64,000 nucleotides of DNA from Batkoa obscura (taxonomy: Eukaryota), in the NCBI GenBank assembly GCA_030770535.1, contig JASVEC010000023.1, positions 310,001-374,000 on the forward strand, read 5' to 3'. Position 1 is the stretch's first letter; every line of letters starts with the position of its first letter. Position numbers and translations under genes: made by a program. Below the pieces are notes generated by a model that saw nothing but the letters and a program-made list of their open reading frames with translations, searched no databases and was not told the DNA's origin. Positions 38,236-51,411 of this stretch are shown one piece after another.

Positions 38236-40516
38236 TGGTTCGTAATATATAAGCTAATTAAAACATCTCTTAAATGGCTGATTAAATAGCAGGTTAGTGT
38301 CTTTCACTTAGAAAATTACTTGTATTATAGCTAGCATGAGAAGACAATAAATAGAGAATTTTACTATAATTTTTATACTATTGAGCATGAGAAAAAGCTT
38401 AGTATTTAGAATAAGATAGACTATAAATTACTCTATAATCAAATATGTAATTTTTTAAGATAAAATTATGAATAAACCTTTACTATAGCAACTGGTTTAT
38501 AAGCTGTATATTTTATAATATCGTATTGTATGTTAATAGTATAGCATCACTATTCTTTACTCGAGTATACCTATTATATATACCCGGATTCAGGCATGCA
38601 GACCATAAACTATAATTCTAAATACATGTCACTGAAACCAAAAGACAGTACTTTATTTTGAACCCCTAATAACTACAATGTAGTCAAATAGCATTCACAT
38701 TCTCATACTAAGAGCATTTCCCTCATATGCTTTATTTATTTCCTTTTTTATTTTATGCATACAATAGGACATTTAAGATTTTGTATCTATAAGGAGCTTT
38801 TTAAAATGCTAAAAAAGTTACTATAATGAAAGAAAGGATCTGGTAACATAATAAAGTTTTACTATAGAGCATTTTTTTGTTCTACTAGCTAATAAAACTA
38901 CCAAGTATCTATTAATAAAATCATTAAATATGTTGAAAAATAGTTCTATTTAAGAGACTATTCTAATATTTACAGTATATTGTTATAAAGATCTTATTTA
39001 AGGCATTTATTTAAGATAGTATAAATAAATAGTTTTTGTAGCCTTTATTGTTGATGTATGATTCTTTAAATCACTTTTTGATTACTTGATCCTAAAATGA
39101 CTTGTATTTCAATGTTGCAAAGAGCAAACTGCTTTATCTAGTCAATGACAGCTAATTTTACTATAATTTTTTAGTTTATTGTTTGTTTAGTTCAAAAATT
39201 GACCAAAAAATATAAGAAACTAAAATTCAAAACAATTTTCGTTATAACAGATTTCCATATAATGTAACCTCATCTAGTGAGTTGAGACCCCGATCTCTAA
39301 AATTAGTTTTCAAGCTTTGGGGCTTTGAGACCTATCTATTAACCTGAAATTTTTTTTAGATCAAGTTGAACTATGTAACTATCGATATCCGTTAAATTGG
39401 GATCTATAGCATTTAAAACTATATTACTAAAATAAGTAATCATTAAAATTGATTAAAGTGAAATGTATGTTGTTAAAGTTAAAACTTAGCAATTAAATCT
39501 CACGCCTATTTTAACTATATCATATATTAAAACATATGATAAACTTTAATAAGATAATGAATCGTTACAAATAATTTATCAAAGTATATATTCAATAAGC
39601 TCTAATAAGTTAGAATCTTTCAAAGTTTAAAACTTAAAATATTGTAATCATAATGATTTACAATTATAGCATTTTAAGTTATATACTTCAACGAAAGATA
39701 TAAAACAATTATACTTTCAATTTTTCTTTATTAAAATGGATCAAGGTGCTAAAAGCCAAAATAAAAGGAACAAAATTCAAACAGCTTATAAATTGGCTGA
39801 GAAAGTTTAGAACTTTGCTACTGGAGGTAACTGATATTAATAATAATATTAATAACAATATAAATTTTAGAAAAGTACAACATAAGCTGATAATACCTAG
39901 CGTTGTTCCAAATATTATAATAAAACCCAACAATACTTTCGTTTATGCGAATAAGGTATTATTTTCAAAGGCAGATAGCTGAACCCAATATGACTTTATT
40001 CAATACTATAAAAGAACAAATAAATTTAAATCAAAACAATAATCGAAATGGTTATTAAAATCGAAATCAAAATATATATTAAATATATATAAAATCTATA
40101 AAAAATAATAATATGCTTATTAAATTATCAAGCTTTATTATTGAAATAAATTTTATCATGTTTTTGCAATATATTTTTCATTATAACGATAATTTTAGTA
40201 CTATTACGAAATTTTTTATAAAATCTAAACAAGCACAAGATTTTATTGACCATGAATTTATAACCTAATGAGTTGGATCTCACTTTAATGGACTAGGAAT
40301 ATGACTTCCTTATTAGATGTATACAACTAATTGAGCTACCGTCTTGCTTTATTAACCTGTATATGAAATCATCCAAAACCAAATGTACGAAATCTCACTT
40401 CTATTAAGGCAAACTAATTATTGCCCTATATTAAAGCTCATTTTAAGGGACAAAATCTCAATTTAATAATGGCGGTTACACTCTATAGGAAATCTGCTAT
40501 AATCCACTATTTTCTA

Positions 40517-41510
40517 ATGTCATTGGGATTTGATCAACTCCTTGCCATCGTAATCAAAGAAATGTTAAAATATTTCTATCAGGATGAGTTGTTAAATTTA
40601 TCTTTTTTAAATAATTGTTATTTAAAATGTAGGTCATGTGTCATTGAGTATAATTTAGTGCACTCAGTTTGTATATGTGTAATGGCCCTCCATCAGCGAT
40701 ATCAACGTAATTTTTTTCAAAAATGGACTATTAATGAGACATTTTTATATAAGATCTGATTTCTTTAATTTTTTTAACTTTTTGCCCCAACATTACGTCT
40801 TTATACTATCTTGAAAACTTGAACAATGATAGTAAAATAAATAGATGATTATTGAGATTCAAAAAACTCACAATACATTCTTTAGCTCATACAATGAGTT
40901 TAGATAAACTTTCAAATTATTTGAATCAAACTGGGTTGTTTGAAATAAACGAAGCAATTAATTTACATATTAAAAATATGATCAAGTATTTGAATTCAAG
41001 AAATTGAAGTCGTCAATATTTTGCAAATTTGAAGAGTTTAGAGGATATAATATTAATAGATAAAAGCGGAAACTTTTTAAAAAAAATAGCAATGAAAATA
41101 GTTTTATTACTTTAGGCTATCTTAATCCAGATAAACAAATTAGTAAAGATTTTCTAAATTTGGTGTGAAACGTCATCATATAATTTTGGTCTTGGATTAA
41201 GTTGTTGTATGTATATACGCAGACTAAATAATCTATTAAATGATTCCCATAATTTATTTAAATCTAGATTCACAAAGCAAATTGAACTTTAGACTTATGA
41301 GGATACATTTAAAAGGCTTTGTTATTTTTTGTCAATGTTCCCAAGACTCAAGGCCATTGTAATTTATTAACTTACTTTTATAGAGGATGATCGTGAGATT
41401 AGTTGCACTCCTAATATTCCTCTATTACTTATTTCCTCCGCTAAAAATGGTATTCTTAGTAAAATAGTGGAAAGGAATCCATTGATCAGCTGGTACAAGT
41501 CAGAACGACT
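40517..41510 (+). pseudogene. F-box family 1 pseudogene with internal deletions
   Basis: MSLGFDQLLAIVIKEMLKY...; FLSMFPRL; VERNPLISWYKSE. Contains stops and frameshifts. Confidence 0.85.
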
Positions 41511-42345
41511 TACTCTAAAACACTTTTTAAACAAATATCAATAACAATAAATTACTTTTGATATAGTGTGTATTTATATTCGTTTTTTAGAATTCAAACT
41601 CCTTAATGTATTAGCTTTTTTTTTTATCAAAATGCTAAACTGAAGCAAATAAGATAAAAAAAATTCGAACATTGCTCAACCGTTGTATTTATGATTATTT
41701 TATTATTACATGATTAACTTCACTATATAAAAGTTTAAAAGACTAAAATAGGCTCTCATTTTTGGTAGCTTATGCTATAAAGATTAATTCTAAACTTGAA
41801 AGGATTAGCGTTTTGTATTTAAAGTATAGTGTAGTGATATAGAGGTAAGAGTTTATTCTTGAATGTTAGTTAGGTATATATTATGGTCCTGAATTATAAT
41901 GTTCAGGTAGATATGGCCTGATTATTTGACTTTTTGAGTATTTTTAGGATTGTATTGATCTAGGCCTTTTGATTTTAGTTTTATTTTTTAAATCAAATTT
42001 TGTCACTATTAAACAATCATTACACTTATAAAAGTAATAATATAGCATCGAAATAGGGTCTAAAAGATATCAATAGGTGCTTCTAGAAGAAGAACAAATT
42101 AAACTTCAAATAAATATATAAATAAAGAGATATACAATAACATAAACTTGAGACCTAATATATTAGTGAATTAAACTTTATTACTGGTAACTATTATCTT
42201 TATCATTTCAAAAGCTACTTAAAGGTTGAGTTTGAACTAATTGATATCAAAAAATCGTTGGCTATCATTGTCCTTATTTTAAAAGTACAATCTTTTTTAT
42301 TATTATCTTTATTGACATTTATAATCATCAGTTTTTTTCATTAAA

Positions 42346-43638
42346 ATGCCTTTACGATTTGATCAGCTACCAGATATTGTAATAGAAGATGTTTTTAAGC
42401 ATGTCAATCCATCTAAGTTGTTTGATTTATGTTTTTTGAATAAATCTTTATTTAAAAATGTTAGGCATGTTATAAAGTACAGTTTAGTCCACTCAATTTA
42501 TAGTTCTAGCGAATATGCGGAACACAATCAATATCAACAAAGATTCATTAAAGAGAATGGACTATTGATGAAACATATAAATATAAACACTTATACCCTT
42601 GATGAGCTAAGAAATTGCCCAAATATTACATCCTTAAAATATTGTGACAAACGAGTTAAAAAGGATAGAAATACGAAAGATAGTAGAGTAAACTTTCAAC
42701 TGAAAAATTTGAAAAAAATAGTTATAACTTCTAAAGTTCATATTGATTCATTAGATTTATTTGCTAACTATTTAAATAGTATTAAGAGGCTTGTGCTTTA
42801 TGGGCCAATCAATACATGTATTAAAGAAGTGATTGAGTATTTAAACCCAAATGGATTAAAATCGCTTGTATTATGTTCTAATGAGTCCTTAGATCTCGAT
42901 GGATTGGACATTATTAAAGCAAGGTTTATTGAGTTAAAACTATTACAATTAAGCGCTAAGAAAGGTTTTATCAAACCCAATGAGTTTAATAATGATTTGA
43001 CTTTTAGTTCTAAGTTAGAGTTGAAACTTGTAAGCCATATTAGTAGCGATATTATTCGACTTTTTGGAGATTTAAAAAGGTTAAAGAGTATAAAGTTAAT
43101 AGATAATTCAGGTGCCTTTTTTAAAAAAAATGATGATTATGTTAGGAATCTACTTGAAGGTAGTGACATTATTACTTTAGGGCATCTTTGCTTAGAAAAT
43201 CGAATTGACGATAGTTTTATTAGGATATCAACTGTAAAAGAGGTGTGTATTAGAGAACTATCAAGAGAGTTGTTGAGATCCATATCTTCAGTATCAAATA
43301 TTCAAAAAGTTTCGTTTAAAAAAGTACAAAATTCTATTGAATATCCGTACTATATAATCTGGGAAAGTAATGATTTACGTAAATCACTTCAATGCAAATT
43401 TATAAAACATCTTGAAATTAAAACTTACAAGAATACATTAAGAAAGTTTATGTGTTTCTTATCCATGTTTCCAAACCTTGAATCTATTAAAATCAAAAAC
43501 CTTGTTCTTAAGTATAATAATAAACAGGATACTCACACTCTTACTATTTTACCTATAGTTATTACTTCTATCAAAAACAAAACCTTCCTTGAATTAGTTC
43601 GAAAGAATCCAGTAATCAATTGGTATAAATTAGAGTAA
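42346..43638 (+). CDS. F-box protein with LRR-like body (family 1), intact, intronless
   Basis: N-terminal FDQLPDIVIEDVFKHV...LFDLCFLNKSL, CPNITSL, LxxLxL repeats and FLSMFPNLESIKI. Confidence 0.8.
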   Translation: MPLRFDQLPDIVIEDVFKHVNPSKLFDLCFLNKSLFKNVRHVIKYSLVHSIYSSSEYAEHNQYQQRFIKENGLLMKHININTYTLDELRNCPNITSLKYCDKRVKKDRNTKDSRVNFQLKNLKKIVITSKVHIDSLDLFANYLNSIKRLVLYGPINTCIKEVIEYLNPNGLKSLVLCSNESLDLDGLDIIKARFIELKLLQLSAKKGFIKPNEFNNDLTFSSKLELKLVSHISSDIIRLFGDLKRLKSIKLIDNSGAFFKKNDDYVRNLLEGSDIITLGHLCLENRIDDSFIRISTVKEVCIRELSRELLRSISSVSNIQKVSFKKVQNSIEYPYYIIWESNDLRKSLQCKFIKHLEIKTYKNTLRKFMCFLSMFPNLESIKIKNLVLKYNNKQDTHTLTILPIVITSIKNKTFLELVRKNPVINWYKLE

Positions 43639-44024
43639 TCTGGTTTTGATTTGCTTTTCTAAAATATTAATATCAATAAATCGAGTCTTAATTTATGTTT
43701 AGAGTTTTATATAATTTTCATATAGTAAAGCTTAACATTTTTGTTTCTCCTATTAAAATATAAATTGAAATAATTAACCTGTTAAACTAAATAAAAACTA
43801 TTACATTTTAATAGTGACTTATTTGGTATTGCAAAATTGTTTTTGCTAAGAAGTGACAAAATATCTTACTAATTCATTCTTATTTACCATATCGGGATCA
43901 GAATTTTGTATCCAGAGTATTGGGATCTTACAAGTATAGTTTTGATTTTGAATGCTCATTTTGAATGCGATGCAATGAAGAATTAAAGAATCAAGATAGA
44001 GATAATCTATTCATTTCTAGTTTA

Positions 44025-44484
44025 TGTGAAATACCCCATTGTCAGCCCCATGATTGACTATAACATAACCATCATCTAAGTCGTTGTGTTCTTGAGTTTA
44101 GACACAATCAATCACGATCCTCTTATTTCGATTTGCTGCGAGACTTTATAATTTCATTTCAAAGAATGTTATCCTCTGATTTTGATATTCATACTTGTTG
44201 GAGTATAAAAGAGATTTTAGAACATAGTAACTCAAAGCTTTTTAATTGGATTATTCCCTGACACTGTACTTTTAATAAAGATACAAATCTTTCTGATAGT
44301 GTTTGCGTAGATTTTATAGTAGCATTGTTTATTCTATTTATCCTACATAGTTCATAATATATTATATGCTATTCTTCATGATTCAAGTCTATCTTAGTTA
44401 CATAAAATAAGACCTTTCGACTTACGGTTAGTCAATCAACCAAGAACTACTCTTGACTCCAACCACTAATTACCAGATTCTACA
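44025..44484. mobile_element. Solo LTR (460 bp)
   Basis: Termini TGTGAAAT...TCTACA with TTTA/TTTG flanks. Full-length inverted homology to 58319..58782. Confidence 0.75.
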
Positions 44485-44858
44485 TTTGTTACAATTGTTT
44501 TTTAATAAAATAAAGCAGCTTTTGTAAAAAAAAAATTTTGTATATTTACTTACATTTAATTTGAAATAGTAGTAGTGGTGCTTTATAAAAAGCATCATTT
44601 AAATTCCAATTTACCTTTTTTGGAAATTTCTACATTTTTCTCCAAGAAACTGCTTTTATAAATATTATGTATTCTAAAAGTACAAAAAAGTATCAGCAAA
44701 GAGTGGCTTACTTTATTGTCATTTTTTATACTGTTTAATAATAGGAAAGCTTGATTTTTAATTATGAATTCAATTGAAAGTTTTAGAAATAAAAACCAAA
44801 ATTTAATATTCTAAATTAAAATTTGTTCTATCTTTATTTAATCTTGGAAACGGGATAT

Positions 44859-44958
44859 AGGAATGTATTTTTGTATTTAGGAATTTTGCCAACAATTTTT
44901 CTACTCAAATGGCGTTTAAAAGATAAAAAAAGTAATAAAGCCAAAAAAAACATCACCT
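44859..44958 (+). mobile_element. ~98-bp MITE copy
   Basis: Matches consensus; TSD ATAT/ATAT. Confidence 0.83.
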
Positions 44959-45354
44959 ATATTATAAAATAATAAAGCTAAAAAAGGCCCCTAAATAATA
45001 ATTAGAATATACAAAAATCAATTACTCAAGTATAAAAACTATGTTAATTTACTTTGTACAAAGTATAATGTAAATTCTTCCAAAAATTTTATCAACATTA
45101 TTTATTAACCTCTAATAGAATATATATTTAAAAGTTTTATATCATTTTTTGTATACTACTACTATTCTATAATATTTTTATTAATAATTTTTTATTTACT
45201 AAAATAATTTCACTTTAAATATGAAAAACAGGCTGATTTCTTTTAGCTAATAATAATTTTTTAGAACTTTTTCCAACTATAACAGCTAATGTATAAGAGT
45301 TTTTGTAAGCTTTGGCCTTATAAATCAAAATTTTCTAATCTCAAAATAGGATAT

Positions 45355-45453
45355 GGGGATGTATTTTTATGTTTAAGAATTTTACTAACAAATTTTCCGC
45401 TTAAATAGCGCTTAAAAAATGGAAAAAATAATGAAGTTAAAAAAAACACTCCC
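45355..45453 (+). mobile_element. ~98-bp MITE copy
   Basis: Matches consensus; TSD ATAT/ATAT. Confidence 0.87.
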
Positions 45454-45760
45454 ATATATTTTTAGACGTGAATATCATTTTAAATCATATTTACTGTGAA
45501 ACTAATAAACTGATATGAAAGAAATTTATCAATTAATAAATAAGTGATAAAATAAAGTGAGTGTTTAATACTATCAACAAATCAGGCTTTAAAATTAAAA
45601 ATTATCATCCTGGTTACTACAAAATGTACTTAATTATTGGATTTTTTGTTTGATAATATTAGTAAAGGATTGAGTTAAATCTTTTAGTCAATCAAAAACT
45701 ACATCTTCAGGACATATTATCAATATTATACTAAAATAACATTAGATAGTTTAACCTCAA

Positions 45761-47194
45761 ATGTCATTACAATTCGATCAAATACCTGCTATTATAATAG
45801 AAGAAGTATTTAAACATGCTAATTTATCGAAATTATTTGATTTATGCTTTTCAAATAAGTCATTATTTAGAAATGTAAGCTATACTATTAAGCAGCATTT
45901 GATGTATTCAATCTATAGTTATGATAAATGGGTTAGGTATTTACAAATGGGGATGTTTTTTTCGGTTTCATTATTTTTCCATTTTTTAAGTGCCATTTGA
46001 GCGAAAAAATTGTTAGCAAAGTTCTTAAACATAAAAATACATTCTCAAATACTAGTAGAAGTTTGTTGAAAAAAGTAAAGTATTAGGAGGGCGTTTGGAT
46101 CTAAGAATTGGTGCTCTTGACTAGATGGGTTATTGTCCAAATACCGATTTCTCTTCTATAAAGATATGTTTTCCAACAGTTATATCAATAATGGCAAATA
46201 CTATAATAATAATAATAATAAGATAATATATATACCATTGAAAAAATTGAAATCAATATTTATATCTACTGATAGTTATTTTAAATTAGTTTGTTTCTTT
46301 AGAGGTTATTTAGTTCAACTTGAGAAATTTGAGCTTGATGGCACAAATGTTTGTATTAAAAATATCACTAAGTATTTGAATTGAAGTAAGCTAAAGAAAT
46401 TGACACTGATTTCTAATGGGTCTATTAACCTCGATAGCTCAATAATTATCAAGAAGGAATTTAATAAGTTAAAAATGTTACATTTGAAAACTACTGGCAT
46501 GATTGCCATTTCTACTGAATTTTATATCAGTATAAAGTTCAAATTTAAATTAGACTTGAAAGCTAGTGAGGGTTTCGATAATAAAACTATTAAATCCTTT
46601 AGAGATCTAAAAAGGCTAAATAGTATAGATTTAATAGATAGGCAAGGTAATCATTTTGAGATAAATATCAATAATACTTTAAGCTTAATTAAAAGTAACA
46701 ACACTATTACTTTGGGATACCTTTATATTTCTAATCAAATCAAGAGGGCTTCTGTAAATATTCACACTTTGATAAAATTTTGTATTAAGAAGTTGTCAAT
46801 AAAATTTCTTAAAAGTATTTTAATATCATCAAACACTATCAAACATTCGAAAAATTGAATTTGAAAAGGTGTCTATTTATATCCTAAATCACTATGTAAA
46901 TGATTTCAAAAATGACCCATATAAATCCCAATATCAATTTATAAAATAGATCAAAATGAAGCAGTATATAACACGTTCAAAAGCTTTATTTGTTTTATAT
47001 ACATGTTTCCAACCCTTGAAGTCATTAAAATTAAAAACTTTATCTTAGTAGACAGCGACGAACAAGCCAATTACATTCATAATACTCACTTATTGATTAT
47101 TAGTCCTATTGAGAATGAGACTTTCAGAAATATTCGAAAAGACCCAATAATCGGCCAGTATAAAACGGAGAAGCTCAAACATCTATGCTACTAG
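45761..47194 (+). pseudogene. F-box family 1 pseudogene interrupted by a MITE
   Basis: MSLQFDQIPAIIIEEVFKH... is broken by a MITE at 45949 and by later stops. The fragment ORFs at 46133, 46400 and 47003 are pieces of it. Confidence 0.88.
45949..46046 (-). mobile_element. ~98-bp MITE copy inside an F-box pseudogene
   Basis: TSD AAAT/AAAT; supplies a premature stop to ORF 45761. Confidence 0.87.
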
Positions 47195-48397
47195 TTAGAG
47201 AAATGTGAATTAATGTTACATTGCTACTTTTCTACTTCCTATTGCTCCTATTAAAAGTTAAAATCTAAATTATAGTTACAGCGACATACAAATAAAATAT
47301 TTTTTGAAAACTTAATAGCCATCTTTTATTTTTTATTCTATTATTCCTTAGTAATTTAATTTATCCTTATCTTTATTTTTTATTTAAACAAAATAAGCCC
47401 TTTGATTAAAAGATACTATTATTTATTTGCAACATTTTAGAAAAAGACACTTTATGTATTTTTTATTAAGAAATTGTGTCTATAATTTATATTTATAAAA
47501 AATGATAAAAATAAAATATCAGTAAAAGGTCTAAATATATTGAAAATAATTGACTAGATGTCAAAAGCTATTTTATTTTAAAGGTTATTAGATTAACTAT
47601 AGCTAAATTCAAACCAATTTTCTTTATTCCCCCTCACTGTTTATCGGTTGGTCTTATCCTCCTCCATAAATTTACCTCCTATCCCTCCACACTGAAACTC
47701 TAGGTTCATATAATCAAGATAAATTTTCCACCATACCCTTCCCTAATCTCATTACTTTCGCTTAGATGCTATGTTTTGCTCCAAAAATTTCTCTACTGGA
47801 TAAGGTACTAATTCTGTTTTCAGAATTGCGGACTATTCACCGAAGTTTCACATCGAAACAATTTAACCTCTCTCCATTATCACTTTTGCCTTTCAATTAA
47901 ATCTGCCTCCCTACTTTATGCGAACTATTATGGATAACGGAGATAAGATGTCTGCCACTATCACCTTTCTAATTCGGAAAAAGGTTTGAAGAACTTGGAC
48001 TCTCTTCTGATACTTCCGTGGTATCCTAATTCGATGGTTTATTCTCTGGAGTTTACTGCCTCTAGTATTTACCTTTTTACCTTAGTTAATAAAACAAAAC
48101 ACTTAGGATTTCAATCTTTCAAGAGGAAAAATAGATTATTATATTAAATTAAACTATATGACAATGAAATCAGAGAGCAAAAAATATTATATTACAAAAA
48201 AGTTCAATCAAAGCTAATGGAAATTTGTTAATCGATAAATCAGTAATAAAATAAGCTTGAAGTTTAATAAAGTAGATAAAGTAAACTTTGTAATCAATAA
48301 TTGTCACTCTTATCACCTTAAAATGCTATATAAGCATCGATCTTTGTATTGAAGTACATTAAAAAGGAAAATCAAAATTCAGTTTTTATTTAAGATT

Positions 48398-48496
48398 GGG
48401 GGTGTTTTTTTTGGCTTCATTGTTTTTTCTATCTTTTAAGCGTTATTTAAATGGAAAAACTATCACTGAAATTCTTAAACATAAAAATACATCCCC
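48398..48496 (-). mobile_element. ~98-bp MITE copy, about 60 bp upstream of an F-box ATG
   Basis: GGGGGTGT...ACATCCCC; TSD not clear. Confidence 0.85.
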
Positions 48497-48557
48497 GTTA
48501 TTATTCCATATTGTCAATAGTTATTACATTAAATAAAACCAACATATCTTTTACAAA

Positions 48558-49853
48558 ATGTCACTAAAATTTGATCAATTGCCTTTCGTTGTGCTAGAAG
48601 GTATTTTCAAATGTGCTAATTCGGATGAGTTATTTGATTTGTGTTTTTTAAATAAGTCCTTATTTAGAAACGTAAGCCATGTCATCACCTATAACTTAGT
48701 GTATTCCGTTTATTTCTTTAGTAAAGTTAAGAAATATCAACAATATCAAAAGAAGTTTATTAAAGAAAATGGGTTGTCAATGAGACGCTTATATATATTT
48801 GATGGTAACTTTCAACAGCTAGCCTACTGTCCAAACATAACATCTTTGGATTATCTTGAATTGACAACTAATGACAGTGATAGTAAAGGTAATATTAATC
48901 AAACAATTTTTCCATTGACAAAACTAAAAAACATGATAATATTTTCTAATAACTATATACAATCACTAAACTTACTTGCTAATTATCTAAATCAAATTGA
49001 GAATTTTCAACTTGTTGGATTTTATATAGAAATCAAAGAAGTAGTAAAGTATTTGAATCCAACGAAATTAAAATGCTTTATATTAACTTCCGAGGAGACT
49101 TTGGATATAGATGGATTAGCCATTATTAAAGCAGACTTTGTCAATTTACAAGTGTTACAACTGAGAGCTAATGAAACAATAATTTCTCCTACCACATTTA
49201 ATTGTACTATCAGCTTCAATTCTAATTTAGATTTAGAAATTAAAGGACATATTGATAATAATGTCATTCAACACTTTGGGAATTTAAGAAAATTAAAGAG
49301 TGTGAAATTGATAGATAGTTTTGGCAGTTTTTTTAGTATGAATCAATGCAATGCTATAAACCTACTCAATAGTGGTAATGTTATTGCTTTAGGGCATGCT
49401 AATTCAAATAATCTATTTAACAAGGCATTTTTAAATTTGATAACTTTAAGAGAAGTGTCTATCAAAGAGTTGACATTTGAGTTGCTGAAATCTATTTCTT
49501 TGCTATTGAACATCCAAAATATTCAATTTAAAAAGCTATCAAACCTTATTGAGCACGCATGTAAAAGAAATGTTATTAATATTGGCCTTACTAAATCACA
49601 TCAGTACAAATTTATTAAAAAAATTAAGATGGAATCTTATAGAGATACGTTTGCAAGATTCTCACTTTTTTTATCGATGTTTCCAAACCTTGAAGTTATT
49701 AGAATTGAAAAGTTCACTTTGCTAGATAGTAACGAACAAATTAATTATACTCCTACTATCCTTTTATTAGTTATAGCTCCTATCAAAAACGAAATTCTTT
49801 GTAGAGAAGTTGAAAAGAATTCAATGATTAGCTGGTATAAAATAGAAACTTAA
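48558..49853 (+). CDS. F-box protein with LRR-like body (family 1), intact, intronless
   Basis: MSLKFDQLPFVVLEGIFKC...LFDLCFLNKSLF; 431-aa paralog of 42346..43638. Confidence 0.8.
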   Translation: MSLKFDQLPFVVLEGIFKCANSDELFDLCFLNKSLFRNVSHVITYNLVYSVYFFSKVKKYQQYQKKFIKENGLSMRRLYIFDGNFQQLAYCPNITSLDYLELTTNDSDSKGNINQTIFPLTKLKNMIIFSNNYIQSLNLLANYLNQIENFQLVGFYIEIKEVVKYLNPTKLKCFILTSEETLDIDGLAIIKADFVNLQVLQLRANETIISPTTFNCTISFNSNLDLEIKGHIDNNVIQHFGNLRKLKSVKLIDSFGSFFSMNQCNAINLLNSGNVIALGHANSNNLFNKAFLNLITLREVSIKELTFELLKSISLLLNIQNIQFKKLSNLIEHACKRNVINIGLTKSHQYKFIKKIKMESYRDTFARFSLFLSMFPNLEVIRIEKFTLLDSNEQINYTPTILLLVIAPIKNEILCREVEKNSMISWYKIET

Positions 49854-49883
49854 TCTCAATTTGCTTTTTTAAAGATAAATATT

Positions 49884-49977
49884 GCAGATGTTTTTTTTGA
49901 TTTCATTACTTTTCTATTTTTTCAAGCGCTATTTGAGTGGAAATACTGTTAGTAAAATTCTAAAAAAATACATCCCT
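49884..49977 (-). mobile_element. ~98-bp MITE copy, 30 bp after an F-box stop codon
   Basis: Matches consensus. Confidence 0.8.
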
Positions 49978-50200
49978 AAATGTTGACTTTAAATTTTGAA
50001 AAAATTACTTTATAAAAGTTTGTAATAATAATATAAATAATAAATAATTTTTTAAAAATTAATAATACAAACATGATTAAAGTTATTTAATAGATTTTTA
50101 AATTAAATTTATATATATAATGAGTTTTTAAGATGAGTTAAAAGCTTGGTTAATTTTATCTACTTTTAATTTATAATGCAATGTTTTTTTAATTTAATAT

Positions 50201-50297
50201 GGTGATGTATTTTTGTATTCAAGAGTTTACTAACACTTTTTTCACTTAGATAGCGCTAAAAGATGGAAAAAGTAATGAAGCCAAGAAAAACAGCTCC
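50201..50297 (+). mobile_element. ~98-bp MITE copy
   Basis: Matches consensus; TSD ATAT/ATAT. Confidence 0.82.
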
Positions 50298-50390
50298 ATA
50301 TAATATTTTTTAATTTATACCACATACAAAATGGACAAAAAGGGGCAATCAAAAACCTTAAATTAACCTCAGTTGAAATTCGGACTATAT

Positions 50391-50476
50391 GGGATATATT
50401 TCTAAAATTTACTATAACTTTCCACTCAAATAATGCTTAAAAATAGGAAAAGTAATAAAATTGAAAAAAACATTCT
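50391..50476 (+). mobile_element. MITE copy with an internal deletion
   Basis: Matches consensus minus about 10 bp; TSD ATAT/ATAT. Confidence 0.75.
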
Positions 50477-51411
50477 ATATAAAAAGTTAACTGTCAACTC
50501 TTAATTAAGTTCGAATCTCGACTACTATTAAAGTTGAATATACATTCAACAACTAAATAATAAAATATAGAAACATATAAATATAATAATCATACTATAA
50601 AACCATCCACCCTTTTATTAATATAAAATTAAGATTTGATTCTAAATTTAGTTAAATTTTTATTCCATCTATTTTTTTAAAATATCGGACAAATATCCTG
50701 CTGGCTTTGAAATTATTTATTACAATGATATCACAGGATCAAGTTATGCACCCATTCTCATAGGATGATTGGTTAATTAAAATCAATTCAAAAAAATAAA
50801 CGATTGAAAGAGTGAGATCATTAATGATATTTTTATAGCTGTTGCGAATTTTCCTGCAACCTAATTAACTACCTATTTAAGAAAGAAATTCATATTAAAA
50901 TCCTATAAAACAGAGATTATACTAGAAAAAAAGTAGTTATACAAATGATTTAGTTATAAAAATTACCAGTAGGAAAATTGAAAAAGAACTACAATACAAT
51001 TTTTTCAATACAAGTGGGTTAATAAACTCCTTTAAAAATTAAAGACCAATAGAATAGACATTATTATAAGTCGCATATTTATAAAATCAATTAAAACCAA
51101 CAGTAAATCTAGTTAGTATACTACTGTTAGAACTTTATTAGTTTTTAAAAATTAATTCATTAATAACTAATATGCCTAATTGAATAGAAATAATATGAAA
51201 ATGTGAAATTTTAATTCTCAACAAATAAAAATTCTCAAAATATAATTGGTTCAATGGATAAATTTGCTGGATTATTTTTAATTCCAGTGGCTTAAATTTC
51301 AATTGAAATTTCATTTTAAGCCTAAGGTGGGGAAGCATCAACTTAAGTTCAAGGGTATAAATACTCCTCATAAACCCCCTCCCACTTAAAATTTAAAATC
51401 TTCAACTATTA

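Noticed and set aside
39709..39982. Hydrophobic and antisense ORFs at 39.7-40.0 kb
   Set aside because: No ATG and low complexity. It could be a decayed membrane-protein gene, but there is nothing to support a call.
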